A stretch of 64,000 nt of DNA from an uncultured bacterium (GTDB lineage: Bacteria > Verrucomicrobiota > Verrucomicrobiia > Limisphaerales > UBA8199). The position numbers were made by a program, and so were the translations under genes. The notes under the pieces are model-generated. The model ran no database searches, was not told where the DNA came from, and saw only the letters and a list, made by a program, of their open reading frames with translations. Each line of letters opens with the position of its first letter. Within the stretch, counting starts at the first letter, position 1. The DNA lies in assembly GCA_963749495.1 (NCBI GenBank), contig CAVVMW010000010.1, positions 160,001-224,000 of the forward strand, given 5' to 3'. Of this stretch, positions 48,505 to 58,318 are shown in pieces.

Positions 48505-48917
48505 GAGAAGGAATGACGAATGACGAATGACCGATAGCGGCGCCTCTGCCGGAGGCACCCATCCCTGTCTGGTGCGAGACAGATTCCTTCTTGGACCTCC
48601 GGAACGCGGACCTCAGAGCTGATCCGGGCCTTCGATCCTTCGTTTCCTTCGTTTCCTTCTGTTCTTTTCCTGCGTCTCGCCGGCTGGGCACAGGAATAGA
48701 ACAGAAGGAAACGGAGGAAACGAAGATGCGTCCTGACGCGGCGGCATCGATCGGGTCCATGCCAGTTCGTATCTGGGCTCCGGGACACTTTTTGTGACGA
48801 AAGCCCCAATTTCGGGCTTGCGGCGGGGCGGGCAATCGGGGAACGTGGCGCATCGCATCGCACCGATTCGGGTTCAGCCGTATGGCCTGCGCGCAGCGCG
48901 GCCAGGAAAGGACCAAA

Positions 48918-49210
48918 TGAAAGCGCCAGTGGCTATGACGATAATTGTGACGGGCACGCTGCTGCTCCTGGCCCCAGCGGGCGCGGACTATCTCTACCAA
49001 CGGAACGTGGTCGCCCTTCGCACACAGGCCCCAGGCGCGGAGGTCAAGCTGATCGAGCGGTTGAACAATTGGTACCGCTTCGGCTGCTGGTTCCCGGGCA
49101 GCCTCATGATCATTCTGGGCGTCATCAGCTCCATCGCCGTTGCGCGCGCCGGTTACTACGCCGATGATGATGAAGAAGACCAGGACGAGGACGAGGAGAG
49201 CAACGAGTAG
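48918..49210 (+). CDS. Small membrane protein with acidic tail
   Basis: Two hydrophobic segments and a D/E-rich C-terminus; GGAAAGG upstream; start approximate. Confidence 0.65.
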
Positions 49211-49539
49211 TAGGGCGGAGCTAATTGTTGAGGCGGTTCCCGTGCCACCCGGCTTAGCGCCCGGAGTTATAGTGCCTCAGTGAAGACGGACACCGGAACC
49301 GGAAGGGCGTCGCCCAACGCGAAGCGTTTTGGACTGCGGCAGTCCAAAACCTTCGGGTTGGGGGTCGGTCCGCGGAGAGCGGTCTGCCCGCCGTTTCGCC
49401 CCCGCGCTCCCTGGGGCGTTGCCCGGAGGTCAAGGTTGCCACTGGACAATCCTGCCCCGCGCAAGTATCTACAGGGGGTGCGGGGGGAGGTCCTTGCCGG
49501 CGCTCCTCGCTTCGATGAAGGATTCTGGAATCGCGCTTT

Positions 49540-50256
49540 ATGACCATCACGGTTTCAGTCATGGACGCCGCCGCCGCGTCGCGCGACGGTTTCAGCCAAT
49601 TCCTGCGGAACGCGCGCGGACTTCGCCTCCTGGGCGTTCACGCCTCCGCCGCAGAGGCCCTCAGAGCTATCCCGGCGGAAAACCCCGATGTCGTGCTCAT
49701 GGACATCAATCTGGCCCGCGTGGACGGCATCGAGTGCGCCCGCCTCCTCAAAAACGCCGCCCCCAACTCACAGATCCTCCTCTTGACGGTTTGCCAGGAC
49801 ACCGACCGGCTCCTCAAGGCCCTGGCTGCCGGGGCCAGCGGTTGCTTGCTCAAGCCCGTCCCGCCGGCCAGGTTGCTGCAGGCCATCCGTGAGGTCCATG
49901 CCGGCGGCTCCCCGATGTCCGGGCCGATCGCCCGCAAAGTCGTGCAATCTTTCCAGCACAACCGCCCGGCAAACCCCGAGGACGGACCCTTGTCTCATCG
50001 CGAACGCCAGGTCCTGCAATTCCTGGGGCACGGAGACACCTACCAGCAAATCGGCGATGAACTCGGGATTAGCATAGACACGACTCGCACCTACATCCGC
50101 CGGATCTACGAAAAGCTGCACGTCCACTCCCGCACCGCCGCCGTGCTTCGACTCATAACGGGGCCGAAGGCCCGCAATGTGAGAGCCTGGGCTGGAGCGA
50201 GTCCGACGAGCGGAGGCCCAGGTCAACCACCGTCGCGAATGTCCCCAGCCCTGTAG
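49540..50256 (+). CDS. NarL/LuxR family response regulator
   Basis: VLMDINL, LLK and LS.RE.QVL..L..G....I...LGIS..T...I..IYEKLHV motifs; C-terminus runs into a REP. Confidence 0.9.
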   Translation: MTITVSVMDAAAASRDGFSQFLRNARGLRLLGVHASAAEALRAIPAENPDVVLMDINLARVDGIECARLLKNAAPNSQILLLTVCQDTDRLLKALAAGASGCLLKPVPPARLLQAIREVHAGGSPMSGPIARKVVQSFQHNRPANPEDGPLSHRERQVLQFLGHGDTYQQIGDELGISIDTTRTYIRRIYEKLHVHSRTAAVLRLITGPKARNVRAWAGASPTSGGPGQPPSRMSPAL

Positions 50257-50429
50257 GGGCGTCACCGGTCATTTCCCAATCCCTGGCCAACATCGTTGTT
50301 CACCTCGTCTCCAGCGCCAAAAGCCCTCTTCCGCCCCTACAGGGCTGGGGAGATGTCTCTTTCGGCCCTTACCTGGGGCTGCGCGCTGCGCGCTTCACCC
50401 CAGGCTTTCACATTGCGGGCCTTCGGCCC
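50161..50429. repeat. Nested REP palindrome family D
   Basis: gggccgaaggcccgcaatgtga...tcacattgcgggccttcggccc with inner gccctgtaggggcg/cgcccctacagggc. Confidence 0.88.
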
Positions 50430-50615
50430 TTTCGTTTTGCTAGCCCACGAGCACTGGGTTTACGCTGAGCGCGCTCCAGGCGCCGTGTCACCAATTCATG
50501 CGACATGACTGCCCTCGAGGTCGCGATGTACGCTGTAAGTGAATCTCGCTAGCCCCCGCAATAACCCGGGATTTTGGAGCAGTCAGTCAATAAAACCAAC
50601 CATCAGCACTTCGTC

Positions 50616-53600
50616 ATGAAAATAAAGCATCAACTCTTGGGCATGAAAATGAATTGCTCACCCTCACGCCGCCTTGGGCCTGCCCTGGGCTGCGCCCTGC
50701 TGGCCCTGGCCCTGAGCGGGAGTCTGGCCCCCCAGGCCCGCGCCGCCCTGACCCATCGCTACAGTTTCACCACCGACGCGACCGACTCGGTCGGCGGCGC
50801 CAATGGCACGCCCCAAAACGGAGCGACGTTTTCGGGCGGGGCCGCGGTGTTTTCGGGCGCCGTGGTCTCCGGCCCCACCTGCGACTTCATCGTGCTGCCG
50901 CCCGGCCTGATCAGCAACTACACGAGCGTCACCTTCGAGTTCTGGATCAATGTCGGCGCGAACGGGAACTGGGAGGAGCTCTATGCCTTTGGCACTCAAA
51001 CCGCGAGCGCCGCGGGGGCCAACATGCTCATGTTCACCCCCCATTCGGGCGCGGGCGATTTCCGCATGAGCTACGCCCAAGCCGCCCCCGGCTACAATGA
51101 CGAGCACATCGTCACCGGCCTTGGTGTGCTGGATAACCTGGGGCCGCTCCAGGTGGCCTGCGTGTACGACCCGCCCAACAACACCATGACCCTCTACACC
51201 AACGGCGCGTTCGTCAATACACTGTCCCCGGTCACCGCCAACTTCTCGTTGACCAACATCTATAACGTTAATTCCTGGCTCGGCCGCTCCCTCTACAACG
51301 GCGATGCCTCCTACGCCGGCAGCCTCGACGAATTCCGCATCTACAACACCGCCCTGGGCGGCCTCCAGATTGCCGTGGACAACGCCGCCGGGCCGGACAC
51401 CCTGGTCACCAACATCGCGCTGACCTCCATCGTGTGGAATCTCAAGACCAACCTCATGAACCTGGGCTCCTTTCAGGACACTTCCGTGACCTTCAACACC
51501 GCCGCCTATGGCAGCATTTCGGTCCCGTCCTCTTCCGAAGCAACGTATTCCACCAGCGACGCGACTGTGGCCACAGTCAGCAGCGCGGGCCGCATCTCCG
51601 GTGTGGGCCTGGGAGCCGCAACCGTCTCGGCCGCTTACGGCAACCAGACCAACAGCGTGGTCGTTCACGTGGCCAAAAGCGGCTTTGGCCACCTGACCCA
51701 TCGCTATAGTTTCACGACGGATGCCAGCGACTCGATCGGCGGCGCCGATGGCACGCTTCAAAATGGAGCGATGGTTTCGGGCGGGGCCGCGGTGTTTTCG
51801 GGCGCCGTGGTCTCCGGCCCGGGCTGCGACTTCATCGAGCTGCCTTCCGGCCTGATCAGCGGCTACACCAGCGTCACCTTCGAGTTGTGGGTGGACGTGG
51901 GCCAGAACGGAAACTGGGAAGAACTCTACGCCATGGGCGATCAAACCTCCGCTAGCTTGGGGGCCAACATGGTCATGTTCTGCCCGCACTCGGGTTCCAC
52001 CCCGAACGACTTCCGCATGAGCTACGCGCAGGCCGCCCCGGGCTACAACGACGAATACGTCGTCAATGGCGTGGGCGTGCTGGACGGCCTGGGCCCGATG
52101 AGCGTCGCCTGCGTGTATGACCCGCCCAACAACGCCATGTCCCTTTACACCAACGGCGCCCTGGTCGGCTTCATGTCACCGGTGACGGCCCGGTTTTCGC
52201 TCACCAACGTCTATGATGTGCATTCCTGGCTCGGCCGCTCCCTCTACAACGGCGATGCCGCCTACGCCGGCAGCATTGACGAATTCCGCATCTACGACAC
52301 GGCCCTGGGTCCCCTCCAGCTTGCCGTTAACAACGTGGCGGGCCCGGACACTGTGGTGACCAACATCGCCGTCAACTCCATCGTCTGGAATGTCAAACCG
52401 ACCATGACCATCGGTTCACGCCAGGACACCACGGTCACCTTCAACACCGCCAGCTACGGCAGCTTCATCCTCCCCGGCTCGACCGAGGCCGCCTATTCCA
52501 CCAGCGACCCCGCCATCGCCACGGTCACCGTCGCGGGCCGCATATTCGCGATGGCCACCGGCTCGGTCACCGTCTCCGCCCGCTACAACAACCAGACCAA
52601 CAACATCGTGCTCCAGGTCGGCGAGCCGGTCCTGGTTAACCGCTACAGTTTCACCAGCGACGCCAGCGATTCGGTCGGCGGCGCCAACGGCACCCTCGAG
52701 GGCAGCGCCACGATCAGCGGCGGCGCCGTCGTTCTGCCGGGCGGGGTGACCTCCAGCGACCCCTCGGTGTCTTACGTCAATCTCCCTCCCAACCTTGTCG
52801 TCAATTTCACGGCCATTACGCTGGAAACCTGGGTGACCGACCTGGGCAGCGGGGCCTGGGCGCGAATATGGGACCTGGGTGACAGCGTTGGAGGCCAGGG
52901 TGTGAGCAACGGCGGCAGCCGCTACATGTTCCTCTCGCTGCCCAGCGGCAATGCGGACCTGTATGGGGGCATCCAGGTGAGCGACCGCGCCGGCGGCTCC
53001 CAAATCGTGGAATGGGTTGCCGGGCGCCCGCTAGTGGGCCAGGAGGCGCAGGTGGTGTGGGTCGGCGACCCCGCACACCAGATGGGCTCGCTCTACGTCA
53101 ACGGGGCGCTTGTGGCCGTCAACACCAACATGACCTTGACCCCGGCGGACATCGGCCCGACGGTCAACGATTGGCTCGGCCGCTCGCAGTACGCCACCGA
53201 CGCCGCCTTCGACGGCACGATCGATGAGTTCCGGATTTGGAACGGGGCATTGAGCCCGCTGCAGGTGGCCATCAACGCCGCCGCCGGACCGGATCGGGTC
53301 GGGCCAACCGACCCCGGCGCGTTGCAGGATGTCCGCCTGAGCGTCAACACCACCCTGGTCAAACACGGGGTGCAGCAGGGCGTCGTTTACGGCGACTTCG
53401 CCAGTGTGACCAACGTGAACGTCAGCACGTTGGGAACCACGTTCACCTCGAGCGACCCAACGGTGCTTTCCGTGGACGCCAACGGCTTCATGCGCGGCCT
53501 CAACGCAGGCACGGCCACCGTCATGGCCGCTTACAGCGGCAAGAGCGACACCAAGACCATCACCGTGGTCGTGGCGCCCGTGACCCTGACCCACCGCTGG

Positions 53601-55371
53601 AGTTTCAACGAGACCAGCGGCACTACCGTGGCCAACAGCGTCGGCGGCGCCACAGCCACCCTGGAGGGCGGCGCCACCCTGGGCGGCGGCGCCGTGACCC
53701 TGGATGGCGCCAGCGGCTATGTTCTGTTGCCCGGCCACCTCATCGATGGCGACAGCGCCGTAACCTTCGAAACCTGGGTCACGGTCGATCCCAACACCGC
53801 CAACGACGACGACAGCCGTCTCTTTGCCCTGGGCTCCAGTGCGGCCACCAACGAACTGAGCGTGACCGCGAACACCGGCTACAACACCTCCGTCCGCTAC
53901 TTTGGCCCCCCGGCCCTGAGCCTCATCCGCGGCGGCTTCCTGGGCATCGGCCAGGAGTTGCACCTGGTGGCCGTGTTCAACCCGCCCGCGGGCACGATCG
54001 ACTTGTTCCTCAACGGACTCTGGCAGAACTCCCTCACCAACCTCGGCTTCTCGCTCTCGGCCATCACCGATGCCGTCGGCCTCCTGGGCGTGGGCCTGGA
54101 TACGAACACCTTTACCGCCGCCACCTTTGACGAGTTCCGCATTTACAATGGCGCGCTGGACCTCTTCGGCATCCGCGCCAGCATGGCCGCAGGCCCCAAC
54201 GCGGTCGTGGCCAGCCCCGGCGCGCCCGTGTCCCTCACGCTCAAGGCCGATCCCATGATGGTCCTGGGCAGCCGGCAGATCCCCCACGTCCATGCCTCCT
54301 TTGCCTCAGTGACCAATGTGGATCTGACACAGACCGATCCGGTGAGCTGCTCCTCCAGCGATCCCAGCGTGGTGAGCGTGGGCCTGGATGGCCGCTTGCA
54401 CGCCATGGGCCTGGGCTCGGCCACTATCACCGCCACCGTCAGCGGCGTCAACTCCAGCGCCACCGTCAGCGTCGTGCCCAAGCAGACCATGCTCGCCCAC
54501 CGCTACAGCTTCACCGCTGACGCCTCCGATTCCGTCGGCGCGCAGGATGGCGTCGTGTTCGGGACCGCCTCCATCTCGGGCAACGCCGTGGTGCTCGATG
54601 GGGACGCGAACAACAAGAACAGCTACGTGGACCTGCCAAGCGGCCTGGTCAGCAGCTTCGACTCCGTCACCCTCGAGGCCTGGGTCTCCCTGGCCTCACC
54701 GGTGGTGGCCTGGGCCAGAATCTTTGACTTTGGCAATCAAAGCGCCGCTGCCAACGGCCTGAGCTATGTCTTCCTGACCCCTCACAGCGGCACCCCCAGC
54801 ACGCGCATGGTGCTCTCGGATGGCGTTGCCGCCGCCAACGAGGCCGTCCTGGACTTCACGGCCTTCACACTGGACGGGTACAGCGGCCAGGTTGCGGCCG
54901 TGTATGATCCGCCCAATAACTTGCAGTCCTTTTACACCAACGGCGTCTTCATCGGCTCCGCCAGCCTCAACGCCAAACAGCTCGCCGGCGTCACCGACTT
55001 GCACTGCTGGCTCGGCCGCTCGCTCTATAACGCCGATCCCGGCCTCAGCGGCAGCATTGACGAGTTCCGCATCTACGCCGGCGCCCTCACGGCCTCTCAA
55101 ATCGCGGCCGACACGGCCGCCGGGCCCAACACTGTGGTGCTGCCGCCGCCGATGACGGTTGGCCCCAAGCTCTCCGTGGTCCTCGGGCCACAACGTGGTC
55201 CTGAGCTGGCCGGCCTCGTCGCCCACCTTCACCCTGCAAACCTCCGCCGCACTCGGCCCCGCCGCATCCTGGGGCCCCGTCGTCGGCCACACACCGGTCC
55301 TGACCAATGGGCTCGACCAGGTCACGCTCCCGACTGCTGGGAGCGCGGCCTTCTACCGGTTGATTCATTAG
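50616..55371 (+). CDS. Large secreted protein with five LamG modules and Ig-like linkers (indel near 55183)
   Basis: Five L.HRYSF...DEFRIY-type repeats; the corrected C-terminus ends ...LSWP...LQ.S...W...FYRLIH; start uncertain. Confidence 0.88.
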
Positions 55372-55449
55372 GGGTAGCTGAATCTCCGGCCCAAAGGGCC
55401 GGCAGAGCCTAGCCCAGGGCTGAGGCCGCCAGGCCGATGCCCTGGGCGG

Positions 55450-55719
55450 GGGTGCGATTAAAACTGTCCGCCAGCCCACGGCGCCTTTTTGCCCCGAAGG
55501 GGCTTCCGACAATAGCCCGGCGTTTCAACGCCGGGTGATCGGACCCACGGAGCAGGTCCGTCCCGAAGGGACGGCTGAAAGCAAGGAGTGTTCTCAGTCG
55601 TCCCTTCGGGACGAGCGTCCCTTTTGTGGCTTTCCCGGCGTTGAAACGCCGGGCTATTGTCAGATGTCCCTCCGGGACAAAACCCCCGAGGCGCATGTCC
55701 GACGCTTTTAATCGCACCC
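55450..55719. mobile_element. MITE-like shell carrying REP family E
   Basis: gggtgcgattaaaa/ttttaatcgcaccc IRs; cctgggc on both flanks; inner atagcccggcgtttcaacgccggg and gtcccgaagggac palindromes. Confidence 0.7.
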
Positions 55720-55790
55720 CCTGGGCTGGTGGGGCTTGCAAGGCCACGTTCTAACGCATTAACCTTGCCTCGGTTTAAGTAATTCCGCTC

Positions 55791-56581
55791 ATGAACAATG
55801 AAACGCCAGAAGAGACACTGCCCCCCAACCGCCCGCGCCTTTGTCGGGACCGAAAGGTTCACCCGACGAAAACTGGATTGAGACGCGGTTTCGAGGGGAG
55901 TGCTCGGAGACGCTGGATTGGGTTTGTGGGCTTTCTGGTCTTGTGCCTCAGTTGGCTGGCGCCCACCCTGGGAACCATCGCAGCGGAGGATGCTCCTGCA
56001 CCCAGGCTGCAGAAACGATGGTTGTTTTTCTGGCGCGACATGAGCAACCCGGAAGAGGTCGAGCGGATGATCGCCCGGTTCCCCCGCGCTGCCGCAGGTG
56101 GTTATAATGGGGTCGCTTTCTCATACAACATCGCCCCGAGCAAGGCGGCCAGGCTGCGCCAGGCAGCCGCGCAGAATGGGTTGGACCTGATCGCCATCGT
56201 GATGGGAGGGTCGCACGACCGAAACAGAAAAGGAACGACATGTTCGACCCGCTTCACAATGCGGTCGAACACTACTACGCCGTAAACGGCCCGCTGACGG
56301 ATTCCTGGAAGGGTTTGGACAAAGGAATCGGCATCGTCAATTGGCATGGCGGACTGAAGGGCAGGAATTGCGAATTCTTTGCCGATCTCGGTCTCAAACA
56401 GATTCTGTCCGGGTATTACGATGGAGACGAAGATGGGGCTGCCATTGTCGAGTGGCTCCACAACACCGAGGGCACCCCGGGAATCATCGGCGCGATGTAC
56501 ACAACCTGGGAAGACAAATACCAGGCCATGGATACTTGGGCCAGAAGGGCCTGGGGCGCCGGGATTGACTCGGGCCGCTAA
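55791..56581 (+). pseudogene. Probable internally deleted glycoside-hydrolase-like gene
   Basis: N-terminal piece (signal peptide, AA.GGYNG) abuts an out-of-frame C-terminal piece (MFDP.HNA...GYYD...MYTTW) near 56225. Confidence 0.5.
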
Positions 56582-56732
56582 CAGCCTGTTGAAATACCGT
56601 CAATTCAACCGCGAATGGACGCGAATAGACGCGAATACCTCGCCCTGGACACGCCGGGACGTGGGTTTCCCGCACTTCGGGTTCATTCGCGTTCATTCGC
56701 GTTCATTCGCGGTTCCTTTCTTCAACAGGCTG
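56582..56732. mobile_element. IS5-like MITE carrying 10-mer repeats
   Basis: Perfect cagcctgttgaa/ttcaacaggctg IRs, CTAA on both flanks, inner CGCGAATnGA / TTCATTCGCG arrays. Confidence 0.75.
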
Positions 56733-56772
56733 CTAAGTGGTCATGACCACTGAAGGCAGGTGAGCCCCGCTG

Positions 56773-57915
56773 TCATTTCGTCCGGTCGTGTTTGGCTTTG
56801 AGCCAGGCGTCCCAGATGACGAGCGCGGGCTTGGGCCGCTGATCGCTGGTCTGCATTCCCGTGTACGCCCAGATACGGGCCAGATCATCCACCGGCGGAG
56901 GCAGTTTGGCGCACAACTTTTCGAAGTCCGTTGTGGCGAAGTTGATGACAAATTCGTAATGGTCTCGCGCAGCCGACTTTAGCAGCAGCTCGGTGAATTG
57001 TCTTTGATCCGCTTCCGATCCCCTCAGGGTGAGTTTGAAGGCTTTGAGTTCCACGTCGCGGGAGGTCATCCCGGATTCGGCAACGGCGATGGGTTTCTCG
57101 AACGCTCTGGCGAAGTCAAACATGCCCGACGGAATGGGACGAGGCACCGAATAACTCATATGAGGGTAGAGGCTCATGGCGAAGATGTCGCTCTGCTTCA
57201 TGAGGTCGGCGACTTCGCCTTCCTGGTCCTTGTCCTTTGCTTCGGTCGCCAGTTTCTTGTAGTGCAGGACTTCAGTGGTAAAAAACACCGGCAAGCCTGG
57301 ATAGCGGGCTTTTACGGCGGAGTAGGTTTCGCGGTGGAGTTCCTTCAGTTGTTGCCACCTGGCCGGGCTGTGGGACAACAGCACGTTGGACTCGACGCCA
57401 ATAGCGAGGTAATCGGGATTCATGGCCTTCACGGCGCGCAGGGTGAAGTTCAGGAAGGCCTTCTTGACCTCCGCATCGTTTAAGGGCCGCCGCTCCCACG
57501 CCTTGGGGAGCGGCAGGTTGTCCTTCTCCCCCCAATACGGAGCGATGCCGGTGCGGTCCTTGTTCAGCGGGGAAATTGACAGGAACAACTTCCTGCCGCC
57601 TGGCGGGCGGTAATCGAGATTGCTCTGAACATCCTTGGAGAACGGCTTGCCTTCAAGGGCTTCCGGCCAGGGGATTCCGCCGATGAACATGACCGAGACC
57701 ACATCGCCATGGGCGCAGGCAAAACTCTGAGCGATCTGAAACCCGTCCACCGACAGGTCGGACGGCCAGCGTGTGAAACCCATCCTGAACGGGCGGGTGG
57801 AAGGCAGCGGAGGATCGTCCGCGCTGGATGCGCCGGCGATCAGTGTGCAAGATGCGGTCACCGCCATTGTGAGCAGTAGTCGTCTGAGCATGGAGGGCGT
57901 TGGGTCGATGGTCAT
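56773..57915 (-). CDS. Secreted TIM-barrel glycoside hydrolase-like protein (clan GH-A-like)
   Basis: Signal peptide; YLAIGVESN and PIAVAESG candidate catalytic Glu motifs. Confidence 0.7.
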   Translation of the reverse strand: MTIDPTPSMLRRLLLTMAVTASCTLIAGASSADDPPLPSTRPFRMGFTRWPSDLSVDGFQIAQSFACAHGDVVSVMFIGGIPWPEALEGKPFSKDVQSNLDYRPPGGRKLFLSISPLNKDRTGIAPYWGEKDNLPLPKAWERRPLNDAEVKKAFLNFTLRAVKAMNPDYLAIGVESNVLLSHSPARWQQLKELHRETYSAVKARYPGLPVFFTTEVLHYKKLATEAKDKDQEGEVADLMKQSDIFAMSLYPHMSYSVPRPIPSGMFDFARAFEKPIAVAESGMTSRDVELKAFKLTLRGSEADQRQFTELLLKSAARDHYEFVINFATTDFEKLCAKLPPPVDDLARIWAYTGMQTSDQRPKPALVIWDAWLKAKHDRTK

Positions 57916-58113
57916 CTCTCTTTCAGGAGTATTCGGAATCCCAAAGTCTTGCCCGGAGCACCTTTGACAAGCAGGCACATTTCATGTGGACCAGAGTAAA
58001 TGATATGGCCTGCAAGCGTCAAGGCGCCCACGCGACCGCAAATCCACACGTCGCGGAACGCGCAGAAACAGGTGGAAGCCACGCAGGAGGATGATGGTTT
58101 CTGGTTTGGTTAA

Positions 58114-58260
58114 CTAGAGCCTGTCCCAAGGGCCCCGCGAGTGGGCGACCTTCGTCGCAGCCTTTGTCGAAACCTTTGTCGGATTGGCCCTTTTTCGACA
58201 AAGGCGCCGACAAAGGCGCCGACAAAGGTCCAGAACCAGAGCTTTTGGGACAGGCTCTAG
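58114..58260. mobile_element. IS5-like MITE carrying 12-mer family C
   Basis: ctagagcctgtcccaa/ttgggacaggctctag perfect IR with CTAG at both ends. Confidence 0.75.
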
Positions 58261-58318
58261 CCACGGTTTCTTGGATTTGGCTTGATAATGGAGAGAATTG
58301 GCGGCAAAAAGGGAGTCT

